DNA of 32,000 nucleotides, from positions 300,001 through 332,000 of the forward strand of contig JBJLBP010000001.1 of NCBI GenBank assembly GCA_045568075.1. The letters run 5' to 3'. Positions within the stretch are counted from its first letter, which is position 1, and the number at the start of each line of letters is the position of its first letter. Below, piece after piece: positions 1 to 7,256 of the stretch. A program made the position numbers and the translations under genes. The stretch comes from Candidatus Thalassarchaeaceae archaeon (lineage in GTDB: Archaea > Thermoplasmatota > Poseidoniia > Poseidoniales > Thalassarchaeaceae). The notes beneath the pieces were generated by a model. The model did not search any database, was not told the DNA's origin, and saw only the letters and a list, made by a program, of their open reading frames with translations.

Positions 1-1
1 A

Positions 2-604
2 GGTAACACACTCTGCACCAAGATAGGCTATGCTGACACCGATACCGACTTTACCTCTCAGGTTCAGTCAGTTGTCGATGGTGGCTGTGACAGTGTAATG
101 TTGATTTCGTACGCTGCAGATGGTGCTGCAATCGTTGAGGAGTTATCTGCTCAAGGATTCGCTGGTGCAATCTACGGTGGAGATGGAGTTGCTGAAGAGG
201 GACTTTGTGCCTCTATGGCAGACAACTCAATCTGTGACGGAATAGTTGCTACCAAGCCAGCATCTGCTACACCTAACGAGCGCTCGATGGCTTTCGCCGC
301 AATTTGTGGCGATATTCCAGACTGTGCTGGTGGTATCTACACCGCTGAGGCATTCGATGCTATGATCATCATGGGATACGCGTACTTCGCAGGCGCATCT
401 GCACCTGCTGGTACCTCAATGACCCAGTTGATTGCAGCAACAGGCCAAGGCTTCGTTGGTGCTAGTGGTGTCCACAGCTTCGATGCTGCTGGAGATGTAG
501 CCGGTAACGGATACTGCGTCGGTACGTTCAACGTCGACGCGGGCGCTGTGTCGTTCGACTGCGACCGATTCTGGTCGCGCGACGCCGGCGTGCAAAACGC
601 GTGA
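2..604 (+). CDS. ABC transporter substrate-binding protein, branched-chain amino-acid type (LivJ/LivK-like). This is the C-terminal part; the 5' end lies outside the window.
   Basis: Frame 2 is open from base 2 (GNTLCTKIGYADTDTDFTSQVQSVVDGGCDSVMLISYAADGAAIVEEL...) to the TGA at 602-604. The pattern 'DFSxQvxxixxxxxDxvxxxxxxxdgaxixxq' is typical of type-1 periplasmic-binding folds. The gene sits directly upstream of the liv permease/ATPase genes. Confidence 0.7.
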   Translation, partial: GNTLCTKIGYADTDTDFTSQVQSVVDGGCDSVMLISYAADGAAIVEELSAQGFAGAIYGGDGVAEEGLCASMADNSICDGIVATKPASATPNERSMAFAAICGDIPDCAGGIYTAEAFDAMIIMGYAYFAGASAPAGTSMTQLIAATGQGFVGASGVHSFDAAGDVAGNGYCVGTFNVDAGAVSFDCDRFWSRDAGVQNA

Positions 605-638
605 ACTCGTAGAGAACACGCACTGGGAACGTAAAGCT

Positions 639-684
639 CCCCAGCGGGAAATACCCGCTGGGGGGCCCCCCTAACCCCCTTTTT
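639..684 (+). terminator. Perfect 10-bp GC-rich hairpin followed by a T5 run, between the binding-protein gene and the permease gene.
   Basis: CCCCAGCGGG (639-648), loop aaata, CCCGCTGGGG (654-663), then a C-rich stretch and TTTTT at 680-684. Confidence 0.55.
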
Positions 685-722
685 GAAACTGCAGAGTTGA
701 AACTGAATTCTAATTCCCAACG

Positions 723-3700
723 GTGTGCCAGATGATGGAATCTGCCAGATCCGCTTGGAATTCCCTCCCTCGTGGCCAGCGACGCCTGATCATCTCACTG
801 GCAATAATGGTCGATGCCTGGGTCGGTCTTCGCTACGGTTTCGGCTCGCTTAATCTCCTTGACAAGATTCTGAGTGGCGGTATTCCGAATGACATGGTTT
901 GGCTCCTTCAGATTGTCATCGCAATTTCGGGCGGATTTATGCTCATCAAGATCCTCTTCGACGATGTCCCCGAACATCCCATCCGCTCGATAGGAATCGC
1001 TTGTTCACCTCTCTTTCTTCTCTTCATAGTCTACTTGACTCTAGATATCCTGTTCAAAGGAATGTCTGATGATGCAATCATCACTCTCGATTTGATTTCT
1101 ATCAGTGTCGGCACACTGACATGGTCAACGACTTATCTGGCGATAGCAGTCGGCCTGACGTTGACATACAAGGTCCAGCGATACGGAAATTTCGCACAAT
1201 CTGAATTCTTCATGATTGGGATGTATCTGTCCATGGTTATGGTCTGGGTTGACCAATTCTACCCATTAGCCTCAGCACCACGTGATGGCGTTCTGGTCTG
1301 GTCATTGCTGCTATGGACTATCATCGGTGCCTTCGTTCTCACAGGAATCGCTGGAATCGTCATCGACCGTTTGGTCTACCGTGGTTTCCGCCAGAAAAAC
1401 GCCTCACCTCAAGTGATGATGATTGCCTCACTCGGTATCGCTCTAATCCTTCGCGCCTTGGTCTACTTACGATTCGGCGCGGGAAAGAAAATGTTCGAAC
1501 CAGACGCTGATTGGCGAGTCCCGTCCCTTCGTTGGGACATTCCCACTACCAAGTTGCGATTTTACCTTGGAGATCGCAGCATCGATGAGGGTTCTACGTA
1601 CACTCTGAATTCCTGCGATGCTGAGGGCGGAGAACGAATAGTCGTCGAAGGTAGCAAACCGCTCTTTGAGACATATGATTTGGCGACCAATTGTGTCGAT
1701 CAAGCGACGACCGGCTATGCTTACTACAAGGGAGCAATGCCGGCCGTGATTTTCATCTCGGTGATTCTACTTCTGATTCTCCTGAACAAGACAAGGCTCG
1801 GTCGCCGCATGCGTGCTGTGGCCGACAACCCCGACCTAGCCGCCTCTAGCGGCATTAACGTCGAGAACGTGCAGATGACTAGCGCTTTCCTTTCGGCTGG
1901 CCTCTCGGGTATGGGTGGAGCTATCTTTGCGATGACGCTGCGCTTCACACCAGAGACCGCTTTCAGTCTACTTCTCCCCTCATTCGCCGTCATTGTCCTC
2001 GGTACGATAGGATCGATTCCTGGTGCTATCATTGGCTCGCTCATCGTCGGTTTCGTCCGAGCCCTCTCATCTCCTGTCCTAATTGGAATAGGACAACCCC
2101 TTGGGCGTTCAAATTACACAGCTCTCGACGGTGTCATGCCCTACATCTTCCTCATCGCCATTCTGATGATTATGCCCGAGGGAATTGGCGATGCCTATGA
2201 GAAATGGAAGGTCAACCGACTTCGCAAACGCGCGGAACAGGTTTCGGCGCCTAGCAAGAAGACCGGCGCGGTCTTGGCCTTCCTTCCAACTGGAATGTTC
2301 GGATTGCATAATATGCAGCAGCGCAAGGAGTCTCGCGGGCAATCGATGATGATTGCAAGCGTAGGGGCCTATGTCTTCCATCGAATCTCAAATTTCATTG
2401 GGGCTAATTCCTTCTCTGAAGGTGCTTGCTCTCAAACCTGCCAGGATAACGAAGGTGTCTCCTCTAACCTCGAATTAGTCACAGGTAGAAGTGATGGAAC
2501 TCTTGTTATCACCGACTCCCCATTTACAGAGGCTAATATTGACTCACCACCGAGCGATGTTGCACCTTATCTGCATGAGAGTTGGGCTGCAGAGCATCTC
2601 CAATCCATGAATGAGAAATGGTATGATCTGATGTCCGGAGAAATGATGCTTCTCGATATCATTTCAACGCTCGGCGATATCATTTGGCCAGCTCTGCCTC
2701 TACTCGTATGGCTTGTCGCAATTGTCGAAGGCGTTTACTTGCTACAAGGCCGCGATGACGACCCTCTCCGCCCAATCATCTCGAAGTTCGAAGACGCTAC
2801 TTCATCCACAGGCACCGGCTTCTCGGGACTCACGATTTCAATGAAGCAATTAGGGACTCACCTTGATTCAATTCCGAAGAAAGTTGGCCCCATAATCGAC
2901 TCCCTGACTGATAATTTACGTCGCCCCTTCTCGCGTGGAGAAGTCGATAGAAGTGGAGGAGATCACTTGGCTATTTATGGGCGCGAGAGTCCGAAGGGTT
3001 CGTGGATAATGTTCGGTGTTTTTATGTTCATTCTTCTCCTATTCTTGGCTTGGCTTCCGGTTGCTGAGCAAGATGGAATGCGCTTCATCAAGGTGCTTCA
3101 GGTATCGAATGTACTTGTCACACTCTCAATATTTGCCTTGATGGCTTTCTCTCTTAACTTACACACGGGTGTGACAGGAATGGTCAATTTCGGTGTGATT
3201 TTCTTTGTAGGAATTGGGTCGATTGTCGTCGGTATCCTCAGTGCTCCATCGGAACTCCATGGATACGACTGGCCGGTTATTCCCGCGACGATTGTAGCGA
3301 TTTTGGTAGCGGCGCTGGCGGGATGGATGCTAGCTTATCCGACAGCCCGTCTTCGAATGGATTACTTCGCAATCGTTACGATTTCGCTTGGCGAGATTGT
3401 CAGGGTTCTGCTAGCCGGAGAACCCCTACTTCGGGCTGGATCGTGGGGTTCCTCAATCGGAATCTCACGCTACACTCTACCTGGTGAATCATGGTGGTTC
3501 TGCGGCTCGGATGTGCCGAATAAGGCACCTCTTGCTGGCCTTGATGCGACACTTGGCACTGCTGATGATATCATTCAGAGGATGGAACCGTCAGATTGCC
3601 GCGAAGCGGTCGATTTGTCGAGTCCCGCGGTATCTATTGGTGACTTGATGAATCTCGGTGAGCCGGCGCCTTACATGCTGCTACTCGCAGTCATTGGCAT

Positions 3701-4448
3701 CCTCAGTACCATCTTCGTCTGGTGGTTGCTTGACACTATACTCGCCTCTCCATGGGGTCGCATTCTGCGCGCTATCCGTGAGGATGAAGAGGTCGCGCAG
3801 CACCATGGTCACGACGTTCTCACGCACAAGGCGGCGAGCCTAGCGCTTGGCGCGGCAATTGCTGGCTTTGCCGGTGCGCTTTGGGCTTGGAAGCTGACAG
3901 GATTCCAGCCCAATCACATGATGCCAGCCAGGTCGACATTCCTCGTCTGGGCAGCATTCATCGTTGGTGGCGCTGCCAATAATCGAGGCATGGTTGTCGG
4001 TGCTTTCATCATCGTCTTGATGGAATTCGTCTTCAACGTCCTCGTCGCTGGCCAAGGATCTTCAGACCTGCCATTGCACACTACGGCGGGACATATCGAT
4101 AGTCTGTTTGAATGGCTAGTAGTTGACTCGTGGGAGGTAGTCAACATCTTCCTCGTGCTCGCTCTGCTAGGTTGGCTCACGAATAGAGCCGGACTACGCG
4201 AAGTCGGTTTTGCCGGCGCAGTCACATTTACTTTCACTGGCTTGATGATGGGTCAGCGATCCATCGATGAAACATTCTCCGGCGGATTACAAGCCGATAT
4301 GGCCTATGTCAAGGTCCTTCTCATTGGCTTCCTAATCCTCTTCTCTCTCAAGTTCAACCCGAAGGGTCTGTTGCCAGAGGTTCCGAGCCGCCCGGATCGC
4401 CCACAAGCGGCAGAAGCGGGCGGCGAAGGAGGTGATTCAAGTGAGTGA
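723..4448 (+). CDS. livHM: Fused LivH-LivM branched-chain amino-acid ABC permease (1241 aa) with an extra N-terminal TM region and large inserted loops.
   Basis: The N-terminal half has LivH-like segments (YLAIAVGLTLTYKVQRYGNFAQSEFFMIGMY; RLGRRMRAVADNPDLAASSGINV). The C-terminal half has LivM-like segments (FSLNLHTGVTGMVNFGVIFFVGIGS; SPWGRILRAIREDEEVAQHHGHDV; LALGAAIAGFAGALWA). The listed start is GTG 723; ATG 732 is an alternative. Confidence 0.8.
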   Translation: MCQMMESARSAWNSLPRGQRRLIISLAIMVDAWVGLRYGFGSLNLLDKILSGGIPNDMVWLLQIVIAISGGFMLIKILFDDVPEHPIRSIGIACSPLFLLFIVYLTLDILFKGMSDDAIITLDLISISVGTLTWSTTYLAIAVGLTLTYKVQRYGNFAQSEFFMIGMYLSMVMVWVDQFYPLASAPRDGVLVWSLLLWTIIGAFVLTGIAGIVIDRLVYRGFRQKNASPQVMMIASLGIALILRALVYLRFGAGKKMFEPDADWRVPSLRWDIPTTKLRFYLGDRSIDEGSTYTLNSCDAEGGERIVVEGSKPLFETYDLATNCVDQATTGYAYYKGAMPAVIFISVILLLILLNKTRLGRRMRAVADNPDLAASSGINVENVQMTSAFLSAGLSGMGGAIFAMTLRFTPETAFSLLLPSFAVIVLGTIGSIPGAIIGSLIVGFVRALSSPVLIGIGQPLGRSNYTALDGVMPYIFLIAILMIMPEGIGDAYEKWKVNRLRKRAEQVSAPSKKTGAVLAFLPTGMFGLHNMQQRKESRGQSMMIASVGAYVFHRISNFIGANSFSEGACSQTCQDNEGVSSNLELVTGRSDGTLVITDSPFTEANIDSPPSDVAPYLHESWAAEHLQSMNEKWYDLMSGEMMLLDIISTLGDIIWPALPLLVWLVAIVEGVYLLQGRDDDPLRPIISKFEDATSSTGTGFSGLTISMKQLGTHLDSIPKKVGPIIDSLTDNLRRPFSRGEVDRSGGDHLAIYGRESPKGSWIMFGVFMFILLLFLAWLPVAEQDGMRFIKVLQVSNVLVTLSIFALMAFSLNLHTGVTGMVNFGVIFFVGIGSIVVGILSAPSELHGYDWPVIPATIVAILVAALAGWMLAYPTARLRMDYFAIVTISLGEIVRVLLAGEPLLRAGSWGSSIGISRYTLPGESWWFCGSDVPNKAPLAGLDATLGTADDIIQRMEPSDCREAVDLSSPAVSIGDLMNLGEPAPYMLLLAVIGILSTIFVWWLLDTILASPWGRILRAIREDEEVAQHHGHDVLTHKAASLALGAAIAGFAGALWAWKLTGFQPNHMMPARSTFLVWAAFIVGGAANNRGMVVGAFIIVLMEFVFNVLVAGQGSSDLPLHTTAGHIDSLFEWLVVDSWEVVNIFLVLALLGWLTNRAGLREVGFAGAVTFTFTGLMMGQRSIDETFSGGLQADMAYVKVLLIGFLILFSLKFNPKGLLPEVPSRPDRPQAAEAGGEGGDSSE
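4428..4435 (+). promoter_or_regulatory. Shine-Dalgarno site GGAGGTGA for livG.
   Basis: GGAGGTGA lies 5 nt upstream of GTG 4441, embedded in the 3' end of livHM. The ORF-track start, GTG 4432, lies inside this motif. Confidence 0.6.
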
Positions 4449-5241
4449 ACCAGTGCTCAAAGTCGAGAATCTAAGAAAGGAATTCGGCGGACTCGTCGCT
4501 GTCAAGGATGTCTCGTTTGAGGTCGGACCGGGTGAGTTCGTTGGATTGATTGGGCCAAATGGATGTGGTAAATCGACGACATTCAATTGCATCAGTGGGC
4601 TGCTTCAGCAGACTTCTGGCAAGGTTGCTGTCTTCGGCGAGGACGCCTCGGAGATGCGCCCTGACGAAATCCAGAACTTGGGCTTCACTCGCACGTTCCA
4701 ACATACACGTTTGTGGCGGCAAATGACAGTGATTGAGAATCTGTTAGTGCCACCACGTCAGCAATTCCAACCGCAACCTCTCAAAGCGATTCTTTGGCCA
4801 TTCACGCGACCCGCTGAGGAGGCTCGTTTGGCTCGCGCCTACGAGGTTCTCGACCAGCTTGAGGTTCCTCATATGGCTCATAACCTCGCGAGCGAGCTTT
4901 CTGGCGGCCAGTCGAAACTCGTTGATATCGGCCGCTCGATGATGGGCGACCCGCAGCTCTTACTGCTTGACGAACCGGTTGCTGGGGTCGCCGGCCCTCT
5001 CGCTCTCAAGATTTTCAATAATCTGCGAAAGATTGTCGATGAGACTGGAATTTCAGTCCTGATTATCGAACACAATATGGATTTCATCCTACGTCAAGGA
5101 GTCGACCGAATCGTCGTCATGAAAGAGGGGGAAATTCTCATGGTCGGCACTCCGGACGAGGTTCGAAGCAATCGTGCGGTTATCGAAGCGTATCTCGGAG
5201 CGGTAGGCGATGAATCGGAAGAAGGAGGTGAAGAAGAATGA
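4441..5241 (+). CDS. livG: Branched-chain amino-acid ABC transporter ATP-binding protein (LivG-like).
   Basis: Walker A GPNGCGKST, signature LSGGQSKLV, Walker B LLLLDEP, H-loop IIEHNM. I prefer GTG 4441 (ORF track gives 4432) because of the SD spacing. The gene overlaps the livHM stop (4446-4448). Confidence 0.9.
   Translation: MSEPVLKVENLRKEFGGLVAVKDVSFEVGPGEFVGLIGPNGCGKSTTFNCISGLLQQTSGKVAVFGEDASEMRPDEIQNLGFTRTFQHTRLWRQMTVIENLLVPPRQQFQPQPLKAILWPFTRPAEEARLARAYEVLDQLEVPHMAHNLASELSGGQSKLVDIGRSMMGDPQLLLLDEPVAGVAGPLALKIFNNLRKIVDETGISVLIIEHNMDFILRQGVDRIVVMKEGEILMVGTPDEVRSNRAVIEAYLGAVGDESEEGGEEE
5224..5231 (+). promoter_or_regulatory. Shine-Dalgarno site GGAGGTGA for livF.
   Basis: GGAGGTGAAGAAGAATGA: SD, 6-nt spacer, and ATG 5238 overlapping the livG TGA (5239-5241). 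Confidence 0.65.
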
Positions 5242-5954
5242 GCGAACGCATTCTCGAGGTCAAGGGCCTCAACGGTGGATACGGCTCTGTGCAGATTCTC
5301 TACGATATCGACCTCTACGTCGACAAGGGTGAATTCGTAACTATCATCGGTCCCAACGGCTGTGGTAAATCGACTCTCATCAAGACGATTTTCGGCATCG
5401 CAACGCATTACTCAGGCTCTGTGGTCCACAACGGCGACGAGGTTTCTGGATGGCGAACTGACCAATTGGTCAATCGCGGAATTGCCTACGTCCCTCAAGT
5501 CAACAACGTCTTCCCTTCACTGACTGTGCACGAAAATTTGCAGATGGGTGGCAATAAATTGCCTACCAAGTTGCTGAATGAAAGAATCGAGCGCGCACTG
5601 AATATGTTCCCTGATTTGCGCGATCGTACTCACGATCTTGCAGCTTCTCTTTCGGGTGGTGAGCGCCAGATGTTAGCTATTTCTCGGGCGCTCATATCCA
5701 ACCCGACCTTCTTGTTACTGGATGAGCCTACTGCTGCTCTTTCTCCGCTTTATCAGCAGCAGATTATCGAGCGCATCGATTCGCTGCGCTCGGAGGGAAT
5801 TACTGTGCTGATAGTGGAGCAGAACGCACGGTTGAGTTTGGCTCGCTCAGATCGAGGTTACATCTTGGCGAGCGGAAAGGTAGTCCACACCAGCGATGCT
5901 CAGCACATTCTGACCGACCCTGAAATCGGCGAGTATTTCCTCGGATCTCATTGA
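5238..5954 (+). CDS. livF: Branched-chain amino-acid ABC transporter ATP-binding protein (LivF-like).
   Basis: Walker A GPNGCGKST, signature LSGGERQML, Walker B LLLLDEP, VEQN H-loop. At 238 aa it is typical of LivF. ATGA overlap with livG. Confidence 0.9.
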   Translation: MSERILEVKGLNGGYGSVQILYDIDLYVDKGEFVTIIGPNGCGKSTLIKTIFGIATHYSGSVVHNGDEVSGWRTDQLVNRGIAYVPQVNNVFPSLTVHENLQMGGNKLPTKLLNERIERALNMFPDLRDRTHDLAASLSGGERQMLAISRALISNPTFLLLDEPTAALSPLYQQQIIERIDSLRSEGITVLIVEQNARLSLARSDRGYILASGKVVHTSDAQHILTDPEIGEYFLGSH

Positions 5955-5958
5955 TTGC

Positions 5959-6570
5959 TTAGAGAGCCAGAACTCTCTGCACTGCTAGAGGGATGAAATG
6001 CATAGATTCTGCTAACCTATGTCCATCTTCGACTTCAATTAGTTCGACGGTCGGATTCGAGTCCGAGACTTTTCGTGAAGATTCGATAGGCACGATATCG
6101 TCTTGTGTGCCATGAATGATTACTGCAGGGTGATGCAGGTTCGGCCACGACATTTCATCGGCGCTGGTGATGAAATCCCAGCCGAACTTGACCTCGTGGC
6201 CGAAGCCATGGTGGAAGTAAGCGTGTGAATCACTCTCTTCCCATTCGCGCAGGCCGGCCTCGCCGGCTCGAGCACGAAAGTTCTCGGCGAGGCCGAAGGC
6301 GGGAGCCATCAAGACTAGTCGAAGGGGGCGATCACGAAATCTCGCCGCAGCATTTGCGATTGCAAGCCCGCCGTATGATGACCCCATGATGACATCGAGA
6401 TCGTCATTCTCCTCAATTGCCCGAACGACGACCTCAGTCTGCTCAGCGATGGTCCAACCATTCTCGCTCATCGCTGGAGAAACAACATCCCAGCCGAGAT
6501 TCTCAATCATCCAGGTCGGCTTCGACCCTTCGGCAGAACTCTCCAAGCCATGAGCCCAGAGAATCTTCAC
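5959..6570 (-). CDS. Small alpha/beta-fold serine hydrolase/esterase (203 aa).
   Basis: Nucleophile elbow G-S-S-Y-G-G (IMGSSYGGLAIA), a late IIHGTQDDIVP (Asp) and a C-terminal DGHRL (His). The size and order are typical of minimal alpha/beta hydrolases. Confidence 0.6.
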   Translation of the reverse strand: MKILWAHGLESSAEGSKPTWMIENLGWDVVSPAMSENGWTIAEQTEVVVRAIEENDDLDVIMGSSYGGLAIANAAARFRDRPLRLVLMAPAFGLAENFRARAGEAGLREWEESDSHAYFHHGFGHEVKFGWDFITSADEMSWPNLHHPAVIIHGTQDDIVPIESSRKVSDSNPTVELIEVEDGHRLAESMHFIPLAVQRVLAL

Positions 6571-6574
6571 CGAA

Positions 6575-7003
6575 TCACTCCGCTCCGCAGAATTTCAAAG
6601 CCACGAATTCAGTATTCGTCGGCTCACGATTCATCGATTCAGCATCCATCACTCGAAGGTGCAGCTCACCGACCACATGAATCGTCGCATGATACAGATG
6701 CCCACCATGGACATGGTGACCATTGTCTGACATGATTGTGTGAAGGTGAGTGAATGGACCGTCAGGTCCGGGCATCAGATTCCCTTGAGTCGAGAGTAAT
6801 TCCATCGGTCCATCGTGGTCGAGAGTCTGGTAAACTCCGTCTGAGTCTAAGTATCCTATACGAATATCTCTGACTCGGCCAATTCCGCTCGTGATCGCCG
6901 CGCACTTGATTCCATGCTCAGCCAAGCTCTGGATTGATGCGTGAATCTCTTCGCCGGGGTCAAGTCGCAGAATGACGTCATCTCCTTCTCGGATGAACTC
7001 CAT
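6575..7003 (-). CDS. PPC-domain protein (DUF296, PF03479-like).
   Basis: ILRLDPGEEIHASIQSLAEHGIKCAAITSGIGRVRDIRIGY...ELLSTQGNL...THLHTIMSDNGHHVHGGHL...TIHVVGELHL matches the PPC/DUF296 pattern (GxxEixSLxGxi...HlHxxxxxxdGxxxGGHl). It lies 4 nt upstream of the hydrolase gene, so they are likely co-transcribed. Confidence 0.7.
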   Translation of the reverse strand: MEFIREGDDVILRLDPGEEIHASIQSLAEHGIKCAAITSGIGRVRDIRIGYLDSDGVYQTLDHDGPMELLSTQGNLMPGPDGPFTHLHTIMSDNGHHVHGGHLYHATIHVVGELHLRVMDAESMNREPTNTEFVALKFCGAE

Positions 7004-7093
7004 AGACCGTCCACCGAGAGGGAGTGCTTCAATGCCACGTAGGTTGTTTTTCCCTCTCTCAATCGCGATTATCCACTGTCTGAGTAGGCTGTT

Positions 7094-7200
7094 CTTCCGG
7101 TGGGCACGGCGAACCCCAGTCAGAAGTTGCAGTGGAAGGGCTCAGCCCCTCATTTTGGCGACGTCAAGCGATGAAACCCTCCAGTGGAAGCAGAGGGGTC
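7094..7200. other. Cluster of three ORB-like (origin recognition box-like) dyad elements, one with a 3' G-string. This is a candidate Orc1/Cdc6 binding region or replication origin.
   Basis: The three elements are 7179-7200 CTCCAGTGGAAGCAGAGGGGTC, 7127-7140 TTGCAGTGGAAGGG and 7094-7107 CTTCCGGTGGGCAC. They sit in the largest non-coding gap of the window, immediately 5' of mcm. See the findings. Confidence 0.4.
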
Positions 7201-7232
7201 GAGATTCCCATCCGCTTTGTTCATAGACCACG

Positions 7233-7240
7233 GATTATCA
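7233..7240 (+). promoter_or_regulatory. TATA-box-like element for mcm.
   Basis: GATTATCA lies about 25-35 nt upstream of the candidate mcm starts (GTG 7257, ATG 7266, ATG 7272), consistent with a leaderless or short-leader archaeal transcript. A near-identical GATTATCC at 7067-7074 may serve the divergent PPC operon. Confidence 0.3.
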
Positions 7241-7256
7241 CTTCCCGCGCCCGGCG

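Noticed and set aside
337-720. Minus-strand ORFs (127 aa and 67 aa) overlapping the binding-protein gene.
   Set aside because: They are antisense to a well-supported plus-strand CDS, have no recognisable motifs, and run through the terminator hairpin.
7067-7078. GATTATCCACTG contains an 8/9 match to the bacterial DnaA box TTATCCACA.
   Set aside because: The gene content is archaeal (MCM, GatE, Pth2) and no DnaA system is expected. There is only one such copy, and the second similar copy at 7233 lacks the CC. The A/T-rich core is better explained as TATA-box-like promoter elements of the two divergent transcription units.
7160-7215. tRNA-like T-arm resemblance (GGGGTCGAGATTCCC) in the mcm upstream region.
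   Set aside because: Only a 4-bp stem can form. The loop is not the canonical TTCRANY. No complementary 7-bp acceptor stem or anticodon arm can be drawn within about 75 nt.
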